DNA of 64,000 nucleotides, taken from NCBI GenBank assembly GCA_020891255.1, contig BQFW01000006.1, positions 868,001 to 932,000 on the forward strand, given 5' to 3'. Origin of the DNA: Entomortierella parvispora E1425 (taxonomy: Eukaryota > Fungi > Mortierellomycota). This document shows positions 40,414 through 51,958 of the stretch, one piece after another (position 1 is the first letter of the stretch; every line of letters begins with the position of its first letter). The notes under the pieces were generated by a model. The model saw only the letters and a program-made list of their open reading frames with translations. It had not been told where the DNA came from and ran no database searches. Made by a program: the position numbers and the translations under genes.

Positions 40414-41841
40414 GTTGGTGAAGTGCCTTGACAATAGCAGGGAAAACCGCGGTTGGTTTGGGGAGGCTGGAAATCAACAGTTCTGGTGAAACACAGGACA
40501 CAGGACACAGGACGACGACGCTCTGTCTCCTGCCTCAAAAGAAAAACAGAGAGGTGGGCTGGTGTTTGCTGTTCTTGAAGCGCACTGGATCCTGTTTAAG
40601 AGAAAGATGAGTGAGTTCAAGACGAAGGAGTCCTAAAGGCGGATTCAAATGGGGGTCAGCGCAGGCTCTGCTTTTTTATTCTATTCTCAGAACGCGACAG
40701 ATTAAGACCTCTGCCCACGGACCAAGGGCAGGGCCTCAGCATAAACCAAGCTGGTGTATTTCCAAAGGGTGCATGCACAATACAATACTTACGGCGAATG
40801 AGAGGAATGGACTCGGAGGGCAGTCAATGAGGCTGAATGCACTTGTCTGTCGAGTGAATGCAGGGGCAGGGGGAAAGGAATGAGAGTCGACAGGGGCGAG
40901 AAGGCAAAGTTAGTTTACACAGTCGGTGGTGGGGAGAGCGAGTGGCAGTGACGGAGGAAGGCAAAGAGAGAAAGAGAGAAAGAGAGAGAGAGGGAGAGAG
41001 AGAGAGAGACAGAGAGAGGGAAGTCAGGGAGAGAAAGGAGGAAGAAGCAAGGAGGGAGGAAGAAAAGAAGGAACAAAGGAAGGAACAACAAAAAAGGGAG
41101 TGGGGATGATTTCCATACAACCCAAGGCGCGTCGCCCCCCCTCCGTGCAACGCCTTTTGTACGCACAAAAGTGATGGTCGAGCGCGATGGCTGATCCGCT
41201 TTCGGCCAATGGCAGAGAGTCGGAAGGTGTGGGCAGAAAGACACCCACTCCTTGGGTCAAAGAAGGGGGTAAAGAGCGCGCCGACAAAAGGGGAATGTGG
41301 TGTCAAGCCGTTCTGTTCTGTTCAGGACCGAGAATGGTCAAAGAGAGTAGACTCGAGAGACTGGCTGTGAGGTATCGGATGACCGACAGGCCTGCTTGCT
41401 GTGGCCGGAATGCCCAGATCGCAAGTAACAACGAAAAAATGACCCCCCTTCCCAGAACAAAAGGAAGCTGACCAGCACATATTGGGCGATGGGACATCCT
41501 TGAGCAAGCAAGAGGCAATGTTTGTGGATTCTGCACTTTGCATCAGCACCGCACATCTCTTTGATTGGGCATCTTGGTCACGAAGTAATGGAATAATGGG
41601 GCGGGTTCAATGCCTCTCTATATCCTGTGCAAATTGAGTAACAGAAACGCAGTGTACATTGTCCCAGTGTTGAAGGAATAAGATTTTATTATCGAAACAG
41701 TGAAAGGAAGATGAAGATAAAGCTTGTAGGGAGAGAACATACGCAAATCACGCACGCCCACATCTGTCTGCAAAGTTCTCAGTCAGATATTGGGTGAAAG
41801 ACGACCTGCAAGAGGGCGGGGTATCGGTTGAGCGCTCGTAC

Positions 41842-43782
41842 TTAGCAAGCACATCCCGACTCTTTGGTGTCGCGGGTCAAGTCCACTCCTCGGCCGTTCA
41901 GTCCGGTGCCTCGGGGGCGGGGGTTGGCGAGCATGTCCAAGGGCATTTTCTTGGCTATAGGTGTTTGAGCAGATTTGAGCAAGTAAGAGTCAATTTGCAG
42001 CTGGTGTCACAAAAGGGATGAGAGAAAGCGATGCATTACCTATGCATGTGAACAACTCGTTCACGTTCTCTGCAGTCTTGGCCGAAGTCTCGAAGAAGAG
42101 AAGTCCAGCCTCCTCTGCGTACTCTTTAGCCACCTGTATTGACAACAAGCAAAACAATGGTTAAACTTGGGTCGGAATCCTTTGTTATGGTAAGCAAAGC
42201 TTTAGTCAAGATGTCAACCGACCTCGGTTTCAATAACACGGCGGGCACTCAAATCACTCTTGTTTCCAGCAAGGGCGATGACAATGTTAGGGTCCGCTTG
42301 ACGTTGGAGCTCTTTGACCCAAGACTTGGCCTTATCCAGTGAGGACTAGATATTGGCAAAAAAAGCGGTAGTACATATTAGCCTAAGCCCTTTTCTCTTT
42401 GGAGAGAACCATTCAGATCCTTGGCTAAATCTTCCTTACGCTTTGAGTGATATCGTAGACAACAACGGCACAGTTCGCATTACGGTAGTACATGGGGGCC
42501 AAACTCTATTAACATGAAAAAGCAGAAAACAAGAAAAAAAAACATCGTTAGTCATTGCGTTGTTTCTAAAATGCAAAGGGAAACATGCTTTGAAGCATCT
42601 AAAGTCGCCATGTGCTATGCCTCGTTGGCCAGGAGCTGTAGTAAAAGATTGGTCCTGTATGCTCTACCGCATATCCAGTACGTGTATGCCTCATTCTGTT
42701 CAGCGGCAATTGACCGTGTCCAGCCGCGCCTCAAATCTCTGTTCTTTGAAAGGGTCGCACACGGGATATCCCTGACTCCCCATTGCTCCAAAGTTCCGCC
42801 GATAATCTGGCTCCCGTCTGAATGTGAAAGGAAGAAGGGAAGAGGAATGTTGCGCACGTGCCTTGTATCGCTCTTGTCCCGCAGTGTCCCTATTTTCCAG
42901 CAGAGGTTGATCAAATTGCCACATTGAACACAAGAGGAATAGGGGAGAGAGATAGCAAGGGAGTTCAGGTGAGGGTTAGAAGCTGTTTGAGAGTGAAGTA
43001 TGGTTCCACAGGTGAGGAACCGTAGCGGGGATCGGCGCCTTACCAGATCTCAAACTTGACCGTTGTAGCATCATCGAGACTGATCGTCTGTGTCAAGAAT
43101 GCAGCTACAAAGAGAAGATCATAGCCAGTTAATGTCTGCTAAGTGATCGGTTATGCAAAGGATCATGGTGACAGCATTTATTCCTCAGTCGTCGTCCCGT
43201 TCACGCAGGTCCTTACCTCCGATGGTGCTCTCTCTGTAGTCATCGAACTGGTCTTTCACAAAGCGGAGAACAAGACTATGGGAGAAAAATACAAAAGTTT
43301 GTTAGATGTCACTCCCACACAACATTCACACCTGGACAAACACATGACATGATGACTCGAAAGGGGCACGATTTCAAGTGCAAACGGCGGTTGACAGCTC
43401 CCACTAAGATGGTGCATGGCACAGCATTCTGATTCTTCAACGAATAGCAATAGAAACTTGCCTCGACTTGCCAACAGCGGATTCACCTAGAGAAGCGCAT
43501 TAAAAAGGGAGAAGCCAGTGAGTACAAACTGCGGCTTCGATTAGCAGGGCCTAGGATGAGTTGAGTTGCATTTCTGTCCACGGTCGTGCCAAGACAAGAC
43601 AAAAGGGCGAAGGACCAACAGCCACCACAAAAAGGAGGTATGGTCACAGCCCATAGCCATTGGTGATAGAGCAGCACAAGAAGAAAGAAGGACGGCGTCT
43701 ACGCACCAAGAAGAACGAGTTTGAACTGGAAGAGCTTGCCGGCGGGCTGTGGCTGTTGGGAAGCTTGGCGAGAGTTGGACAT
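41842..43782 (-). CDS. RAB5: Rab5/Ypt5-family small GTPase, 8 exons, C-terminal CAC prenylation motif
   Basis: FKLVLLG|ESAVGKSS|[10 protein letters not shown]...STIG|AAFLTQT...FEIW|DTAGQERYK|[15 protein letters not shown] and ETSAKT. Two of the seven introns have GC donors. Confidence 0.95.
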
Positions 43783-43986
43783 TGTATTTGACTGTTTGGC
43801 GGTGAGTAAATACGGAAAGAAATGAGGTAGTTATGAGGAAGAAATGAAGGGAGGTGTGGAAAGGGAAGGGAATAGAGACGAGTGGATGTGTGGTTCTGAG
43901 TGAAGAGAGAGAATGGCAGCGAAAAAAAGAAAAAGAAAACGGGTCATTCATGCACAGATGGACGACATGGTGTCGACTTCTGCACA

Positions 43987-44029
43987 CACGTGATGAGAGT
44001 ACTGCAGGCGCGTGAATTTATCACGTGAT
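43987..44029. promoter_or_regulatory. Two CACGTG E-boxes (one is the perfect palindrome ATCACGTGAT) upstream of RAB5
   Basis: cacgtg at 43987-43992 and atcacgtgat at 44020-44029, 205-247 bp upstream of the RAB5 ATG. Confidence 0.4.
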
Positions 44030-44059
44030 TTATTGACTCCTTCTTTCTTCCAGGCCGAG

Positions 44060-44620
44060 TTATGCCTCCAGACGGGGTATCGGTTCTGAGTTCCACTGGA
44101 TCCGTTGACAGTGCACAGTTGGGTTGAATAGTTCAAACATCTCGGCCTCATCATTGACCTGTCGACTTAAGTCTGTGTCTTGCTCCTCCAGCAACATTTG
44201 CAGCTTTTGGTTGTTCTCCTTCACATAGAGAAAGGCCCAGGTGATGAGTCGACCCCAGAATCCATGGTGAGCTAGGGTTCGAGCCAAGTCCAGGAAGGGT
44301 CCAGGGCCGAGTTGTTTGTAGGCCTGGGCGAGGTATGTTTGTGCTGTGAATTGGTTGTTTGCCAAGACCGAGATCATGGTATTGAAGGCGTGATCTTCCT
44401 TGTCCTGTGCCTTCTCTGTCTTTGAGGTATCGTCATGGTCTCCGTTGGTCCTTTCGTCTTTAACATCGAAATTATGGCTGGTGATCGGAACCAGGGATCG
44501 ACATATCCGGGCAGCCTTGAGAAAGTGTCTATATTCCTTGGAGACGTGTCCGTTGAGAGAGGGTGAGGGAGCGCTGCACGGGGTTGCCTCGAAGCAGCCA
44601 GTACAAGATTCGCAGGACAT
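44060..44620 (-). CDS. Orphan hypothetical protein, 186 aa, N-terminal CxxCxxC motif
   Basis: Intronless ORF with ATG, coding-like codon usage and a helical C-terminal domain; no family recognised. Confidence 0.65.
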   Translation of the reverse strand: MSCESCTGCFEATPCSAPSPSLNGHVSKEYRHFLKAARICRSLVPITSHNFDVKDERTNGDHDDTSKTEKAQDKEDHAFNTMISVLANNQFTAQTYLAQAYKQLGPGPFLDLARTLAHHGFWGRLITWAFLYVKENNQKLQMLLEEQDTDLSRQVNDEAEMFELFNPTVHCQRIQWNSEPIPRLEA

Positions 44621-45765
44621 GAGTGTATTCAGAGCTGCGTCTTGATATGTCCAGTATTAAAAGCAGGTGGCAAGTCCAAGAGTGATGAATTGATTGTCCA
44701 GTCCGGGGATGAATGCCGAGGTCTCTTGATGAATAAAGAATGTGGAGGAACAAAAAAAAAAAAAAAAAAAAAAAATGGTGGCAACAAAAGAAAAAGAAAC
44801 AAGTCGCCGCCCCTTAAGCACCGCCTGACTGACTGAGTGAACTGAACTGCCCTCAGATCTCTTTTTTTCCCTTTGTCTGTCTGTCTGGTCCATCCATCCT
44901 TCCATCCATCCATCCTTCCATCAATCCCCCCCCTTTCATCCCTTCCAATCCACATTCCTTCATCACACCATCCCACCATCCCATTAGCCTCTCGCTGCAT
45001 CTTCCAGCTGCCTTGCCCATCTTCCCATCCCCTGCATCTGGTCCCTTCTTTAGTTCTCGTTCTTTTGTTCGTTCAGCTTCAGCTTCTTTCCTTTTGACTT
45101 CATTTGCTCGCTCCTTTGCTTGAGTCTTTCCTCCCCTGCCAGTGTATGTTTTTTGTTTGTTGAAACTCTCTTTGCTCTAGCTCAGTCTCCCATTGTTATC
45201 TTGTTCTTTGGATCCCTTCTTGACCATGTCCGCCCAAGCTCCTCCTCAAAGTCGTACATCTTGTCCGACCCCGAGTAGGGCTGGACGTTGACCAGGCAGG
45301 ACTTGGGTCTGACGTACTTTCTCCATCCTCAGCTATCTTTTCTTGGCTGCTCTGCCTCCTTCTCCTTCCCAGAGAGTGATTGGTTCCTCGCCCCTTGTGT
45401 GTTTCCTGCAAGGGCTGGTCGCATCTTTGTTTCCCCTGGGCTTCCTTCATACATGTTCTATTGTTATTTGCAACGTTAAACCCTCAACCTACTCCACCAC
45501 TCTACTACTTTGCTACTCTTGCTGCGTTGCGTTCTCCTTTATTTACATGTCAACCTCTTTCTTTGTTTTCTCTATCTCTCTGTGCGTCTCTGTCTGCCTG
45601 CCCGTGCTTCGTATCGCCTTCTAGTTCTTTGTTGCATCTTTCAGTTCTCGCGGGCCAACATCCTTCAGCACCTTTTCAGTCGTCGACCTCCAGTATAATC
45701 CATTGCCGACAGTTTTTATCTTCTTTCTTTTTTCTCGAACTTTTCAACACCCCGTTTGATCTATC

Positions 45766-47550
45766 ATGAAGAGAAGCAACGATTACCAGAGCCATGATGC
45801 TTTCAAGAAGCCCCGTGTCGCCCACGGATACAACAACAATAGCAATAACAGCAATAACAACAACTACCCCACGCACGGCGGTATGGCCGGAGGCATGGGG
45901 TCTATGGGTGGTGCCCCAGGCGACATGTACGGTGCATATGGCTCCAGCCAAATGATGATGGGAAATTACGGTCAGATGCCAAACCCTGGTCAGTACGGCA
46001 CTCAGTTTGGAGGAGAACATGCCATGGCCATGGCACCCTACCAGGCATACCCTGCCCCTGCCTTTGGGACCCCATACGCCAACGTCCCTTTTCAGATGTC
46101 ATTCCCTCCAAACGGCGCTCCAGGATTGAACACAGGAATCCGCACTCTTTATATTGGCAATCTGCCTCAAGGTACCACTGTTGAAGAGGTTCTCAGCCTG
46201 GTGCGGACTGGAATTGTCGAGAGTGCCCGTATCTTGCCCGAGAAGAACTGCGCCTTCGTCGCATTTATGGAACCCTCCTCAGCAGCGGCTTTCCATCAGG
46301 AGGCCAGCTCGCGCAAGCCCTCCATCAACGGTCAGGAGGTTCGCGTTGGCTGGGGCAAGGCCTCAGTGCCACCCCCCAACATCGTCCAGGCGGTCCAGCA
46401 GGGAGCAACTCGCAATGTCTTTATCGGCAACGTGGACGACTCGATCACGGAGCAAAGTCTGCATGAGGATTGTATGAAGTACGGAGTCATTGACTCTATC
46501 AAGATTCTGCGGGAGAAGAATATTGCTTTTGTTCATTTTGCCAGTATTAGCTCTGCTATGAAGGCTGTTGCCGGCTTGCCTTTGGAAGCTACATATGCTG
46601 GTCGCAGAGTCAACTATGGCAAGGATAGATGTGCAAAGTCTGGCCCTAACAATCAAGGTGGCGCCGGGGCTGGTGGTGCATTCACTTTTGGTGCACCCCA
46701 GTTCCCCCAGTACGGGTCGGCGATGCCCTTGTCTTTCAACCCCAACTTTGATCGTTTCCCTCCAGGAGGGCGCCAGAATGGAGGAGGACCCGCCAGTGTC
46801 GGTGGAGGTAACTCGGAGAGCAGTGCAGTTCCAATGGAGACATTGTTTGCCGAGCGGAAGAGGACCGTTTACTTGGGCTCGATTGGTCCCGAGACAACGT
46901 GCGAGGATCTCTGCAACTCGATCCGAGGGGGCATCCTGAGCAACATTCGCTTCTTCCCTCAAAAGCACATGGCGTTTGTGACTTTTGTGGATCCTCAAGC
47001 GGCCGAGACGTTCGTGAACCAGGCAAACCAGTTGGGGCTTATGATCAAGTCGCGTCGATTGAAGGTTGGCTGGGGTCAGAACGCTCACTCATTGACCCCA
47101 CCAGTTATTCAGGCAATTCGGTCCGGCGCAACACGCAATGTCTACTTGGGTGGTTTGTCAGCCATGGTGACAGAGGAGACCCTTCGACGAGACTTTTCCG
47201 AATTTGGCGAGATCGAGTTGGTGAATTTGCTCAAGGAGAAGAACTGCGGCTTTGTCAACTTTACAAACATCCTCTCTGCCGTCCAAGCAATCGAGGGCAT
47301 TCGTCGCAACCCCGAGTACGCAACTGTGAAAATCAACTATGGCAAGGACCGCTGTGGCAATGCTCCCAAACCTAACCGCATCAACTTGAACGCCAACAAC
47401 AACAATGGCGGTCACGGTGCCAATGGAGGCAACAACACCGGCAACAGTAGCAACAATGGCAGCAGTGGTGGCCACAGTATCAAGGCGGAATCATCAGATG
47501 CAGAGGATATCAAGAACTTTGACCTCGATGATGAGATGTTCCAAGTTTAG
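45766..47550 (+). CDS. nrd1: Four-RRM RNA-binding protein, S. pombe Nrd1 / S. cerevisiae Mrn1 type, single exon
   Basis: RTLYIGNL...RVGWGK, GATRNVFIGN...VNYGKDRCA, RTVYLG...LKVGWG and ATRNVYLG...INYGKDRCG: the paired RRM architecture of this family. Confidence 0.88.
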   Translation: MKRSNDYQSHDAFKKPRVAHGYNNNSNNSNNNNYPTHGGMAGGMGSMGGAPGDMYGAYGSSQMMMGNYGQMPNPGQYGTQFGGEHAMAMAPYQAYPAPAFGTPYANVPFQMSFPPNGAPGLNTGIRTLYIGNLPQGTTVEEVLSLVRTGIVESARILPEKNCAFVAFMEPSSAAAFHQEASSRKPSINGQEVRVGWGKASVPPPNIVQAVQQGATRNVFIGNVDDSITEQSLHEDCMKYGVIDSIKILREKNIAFVHFASISSAMKAVAGLPLEATYAGRRVNYGKDRCAKSGPNNQGGAGAGGAFTFGAPQFPQYGSAMPLSFNPNFDRFPPGGRQNGGGPASVGGGNSESSAVPMETLFAERKRTVYLGSIGPETTCEDLCNSIRGGILSNIRFFPQKHMAFVTFVDPQAAETFVNQANQLGLMIKSRRLKVGWGQNAHSLTPPVIQAIRSGATRNVYLGGLSAMVTEETLRRDFSEFGEIELVNLLKEKNCGFVNFTNILSAVQAIEGIRRNPEYATVKINYGKDRCGNAPKPNRINLNANNNNGGHGANGGNNTGNSSNNGSSGGHSIKAESSDAEDIKNFDLDDEMFQV

Positions 47551-48913
47551 ACACAGAAGCCGATTTCAAAGTTGCCCCTCGAATCCCAAGGAGGAAGTCG
47601 ATCCGTGATCTTCACTATCTATTTCTGTTACCCTGCCACACAAAGACGGCGACTCGGATTCGACTATTTTTTCCTTCTTTGTTTTTTGCTGGTTTTGTGA
47701 ACGACTTGAACGCACTTGCACTGCCGCTTGCTTCCGGCGCCCTTTTATGCTGAAATAAAACCCCCTTGTATATTTCCATCCGAATCAAACCCCACTCGCA
47801 TACAAGGTTTCTCTCACAGGGGATAAAAACTTCCACGAAGAGACGCATTAATTAACCTTGGGAAGGCAGGCCAAGACGGTGTAGGTACGCAGCTGCAGGT
47901 ACCTGCAGGACGCGACAGTTGGCCCAGTCGCGCGTGGATTGTTAGAATTTTTTGTGTGAGGGTCGAAAAGAAGAGACCAGGAAGGAGAAGAGGCCAAGTG
48001 GCAGTGCAGGTTTGGTGCACGCGTCTCCAGAATTACAGAAAGAAAAAAAAAGAGCGGTGGCACGAGTGCAAATGATGAAAGGAAGGGAGGCGTGAACAAA
48101 AACGGCCAATTGGAGGGTCGATCCCAATTTCTTGCCCCTGTCACAAGGGCCAAAGGAGCAAATCCCCCACCATGTGCATGCTCTTCTTTCCATATCTTCC
48201 TTTCCTTCATGACCAGGTGAGGGACAAGTTTAAGGTCAAGAGAGCAACAGATCACGGCAAACCTTCAAGAATAGATTTCGATCCTTATAGCGATGGGGGA
48301 CCTTTGTCCTATTTGCGCTGCCTCACGAACAACCTTCTTCCCCTCTCCATGGCTCTTGACCCAAAGAATTTGAAGGTAACACGAAGAAAAAAGAAGAAAG
48401 CAGCAAGGCCTAACTTGTGCTGCTCCACCGTTGTTGGCATCCCGGGTCAAAGAGGAAAGGGCCAAACGAACAGGTTTGCACTGCCTCCTGCGTGCAATGA
48501 TCTAGGTTCTTTTTCATTGTTGCTGTTGACCTGCGTTGGTAGTCTACGCATTGCATTCTTTTTGTGATCCATCAAACAAAAAAAAATCAAACCAAACTGA
48601 ACACCAAACAAACAACATCAACAAAAAGAGACAGCCTCTGAATATAAAAGCGCATCGACTCTGTTGCTCAGTTCCCATGCCCCAACTCTTTTTCAACTCT
48701 CCCAGCACTTTCATTTTTACTTTGCCACACTTCACTCCTTCGCTTTGCCAACTTTCCAGCAAACCTTTTTATATTTTCCGTCCTTTCTCTACGCCAGAGT
48801 TGACCCTTCTCCCTCTTTCTCTTTCTTGTGCTCAAACATCTCTAGCAATCGATCCCACCTTTCCACCCACACCCATTTCCATCTTTTCCCTGGCTCGACT
48901 GTCTCTGAAGACG

Positions 48914-49315
48914 ATGCGCGGTCCGTTCTTCAAGAAGAGTTCTAAGGATGATCTCCGTAGCAACCCCATTTTGTACAACAGACCCGGTCACGACAATGAT
49001 TCGATGCTCAGGAAACCGACACTGTTCTCAAAGGCCTCACAAGCGGTCTCGGGGCCATTGATGGAGCTCTGGAGGTTCTTGCGACGACGGACCAACCTGA
49101 CATTTTGGATTGTGGTCGGAGTGGTGGTCGGGATCTTGATTGGAAAGTTTGCGCCTGAATTTGCGGTCAAGATCGGCCCTCTTGGAGCAGTGTTCATTCG
49201 ACTGATTCAATGTGTGGAGGTATGTGCAGGAACTCTCTTCACCTTCTTTTATTGCTTTTTTTTTCAAACTCAAGACCGCCTTAAACAGGAAGGGTCGTGT
49301 GGAAATGTTTATGTG

Positions 49316-49350
<35 letters not shown>

Positions 49351-50978
49351 TGCGGCAAGGATGGCTCACATGGTAGTTGAAGGACCTGCAGGAAATGAAC
49401 CGTTGCACGGAAAGAAAATGAAAAATTAATCACGCTCGTGCCTTCTTTTTCTTTGTTTTCTGATGCAAATAGGGCCCTCTCATCTTCAGCACTCTGGTAG
49501 TGGGTATCGCCGGTCATGGCGATGATCTTGCGCGCATTGGTCGCCTTGCTTTGAAATCCGTAGTCTTCTTTGAGATCGTCACGACTCTGGCCCTGATTCT
49601 CGGCTTGATCGCCGTCAACATTGTCAAGCCCGGGGAGGGCTCTAGCATGGCCGGGCTCCATTACGATGATGCGAACACGACCGAGATTAGTTGGGTGACA
49701 GAGATGAACCTCATCGTCCCCACGTCCTTCTTCCTCGCTCTTACTGATCACACGGCTGTCCTGGCCATCGTGTTCTGCGCCATCATGTTCGCGGTCGCTA
49801 TTACCCACCTGGATGAAAAGTCCAAAGGGTTCCTCCTCGACTTCAACCTTTCGCTTTCCAATGCCATGTTCAAGATTGTCGATATGATCATGAACTATGC
49901 TCCCATCGGTGTCGCCTGTTCCCTCGCCTCCACCGTTGGCGAATATGGACTGGATGCCTTGGAATCCGCAGGGAAACTGGTTGGCACTCTTTATATCACT
50001 TTAATCATTTTTGTGCTCTTCGTCCTAGTACCCATTGTCCTCCTGATGCGCTTCCCCCTCCGGGAATTCGCCTCGGCTGTCTTGCAACCATTCCTGATGG
50101 CCTTTGCCACCTCATCGTCCGAGTCTGCCCTTCCCAAGGCGATGGAGAACATGGTCGAGTTTGGTGTTCCTCTCGAGATTGCCGCCTTTGTGATTCCCAC
50201 GGGCTATTCTTTTAATCTGGATGGCTCCACTTTGTACCTGGCGATAGCGACCATCTTTTGTGCGCAGGTGGCAGGGATTCCCAAGACACCCGGGGAACAG
50301 ATTGTCATTGTCCTGACTCTGATGTTGACCTCCAAGGGTGTGGCAGCTGTGCCCCGTGCCAGTTACATTGTCCTGGCTTCGACCTTGTCCAGCGCCAACA
50401 TTCCGTGGCAACCTCTGGGGTTGATTTTGGCCGTGGATGCATTCATGGACATGGCTCGGTCTGGTGTGAATGTCTTGGGCAATATGACGGCCTGTGCCGT
50501 GGTCGCGAAATGGGAGGGCGAGTTCCGGAACCTGAGTTGGAGAGCGAGAATGCAGAGTCAACAACCCGAAACTCTGGTCATGGACGATATGGATCGGGAT
50601 CTTGGAGGTGCTGGTGGTTACGAGTTGTCTCATCGACAGGGACGCCAACATGGTCACACCACCTCAATCTTACCTTTGCACTCTGGTGTAGTGGGTCATG
50701 ACATGTACGGCAACCCTTTCGATCCAGCCATGGGAGGCAATGCAGGATCAGGCGTCGGCGGAGGCTTGCATGGCCGCGGAGGCGGTGGCAATACTGGATT
50801 CAATGCCGAAAAGATATCGATCCATTCTGTCCAATCCGTCCAGTCTGTGGATTCGATCCCCGAACAACAACCCCAGCACGCGATGAATTACAATGCTGGG
50901 CCTTCTTCCTCGAATTATCAGCAAGGCGCCGGTTACAACAACCAGTTCGCCGGTATGATTAACGATCGCTATGTCTAG
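48914..50978 (+). CDS. Dicarboxylate/amino acid:cation symporter (DAACS/SDF), bacterial GltP/DctA-like; 2 exons (48914-49219, 49473-50978), 603 aa
   Basis: PLIFSTLVVGIAG, FEIVTTLAL, FATSSSESALP, IPTGYSFNLDGSTLY, TSKGVAAVP and MDMARSGVNVLGN motifs. Confidence 0.93.
49316..49344. repeat. (GT)n microsatellite in the symporter intron
   Basis: Direct reading. Confidence 0.9.
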
Positions 50979-51958
50979 AGGAGCAACTCGTCTGATGGAG
51001 TCCTCCAAGTTTTTTTTCTTCCCCTTTTTCGTTTTCAGCGCTATCACGGAAGATACTCTTCATCTCGTCTTTTTTTCTTTATCTTTTCTCATTCCTGTAA
51101 ATAATCCAATGTATTTCATGTGTATATACCATTAAAATCACCAAACAATAAAAAAGGAAGGGCCTGAACAGCAACACAATCACCTACCTGCATGAGGTGA
51201 TCTTGGAAGATGGTTGCCATCGTGGCGAGACTTGGTTTGGTGGAAAAAAAAATGCTCTTTTCAGTTTATCCATCAGCCCATGGCGCGTCGTTGGGCTTTT
51301 GCCTGGTGCAGGAGATCAGATCCTACCAATCTCAATCTACATTGTCCGATTCGCGAGAGTTTTCTTGTTCAAAAATTTATTTCAAGATCTGCCAATGTTC
51401 GCAGACAGTGCTCCAAGTTGCATCACTGTCAACGTCAGCGATGGGATTGACATGCGCAAAGAGTGAGCAGCATCTGAGTGCTTCGGCAGCTCTCTGATCT
51501 CATACATCTCGACCAGGCCGGCGATGAGCAAACTCCCCGTAGGATTCTCTTGTTCCTGCCTGCCTTCGCGAATTCATCGACCTCCGCTAAAAAGACCCCT
51601 TATTGACAGTGTGAAGAAGGATGTTGAGCGTGATTTCACTCTACAAGACCGCTCGATTGAGGATGATAAGCAGGAGCAAAGCGCTTTGCTCTACTAGCCC
51701 ACGTGTATCAACTTCAAATGTTGCACGACGGAGTCGAATGGAGAACAATCTCCCCGTGACATCCTCTGGCTCCATCCAGGAGCGCAAGTTTCAACAGTTG
51801 TCCAAGCTCGGCTCTGTTTGACTTTCCATATAGTCGCTGTAGTCAGATTTGGTCTCACGACTCTGTTGGACGTCTCGTCGCGGAAAAAAACGGCTCCAGA
51901 GATAAGGCCAAGACAGACAAGACAAGACAAGACATGGCGCGCGAGAGTCCTCCTGAGA

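Noticed and set aside
51480-51490. GCTTCGGCAGC matching the U6 snRNA 5' hairpin
   Set aside because: No continuation to ACAGAGA or the rest of U6; only a UUCG-type hairpin.
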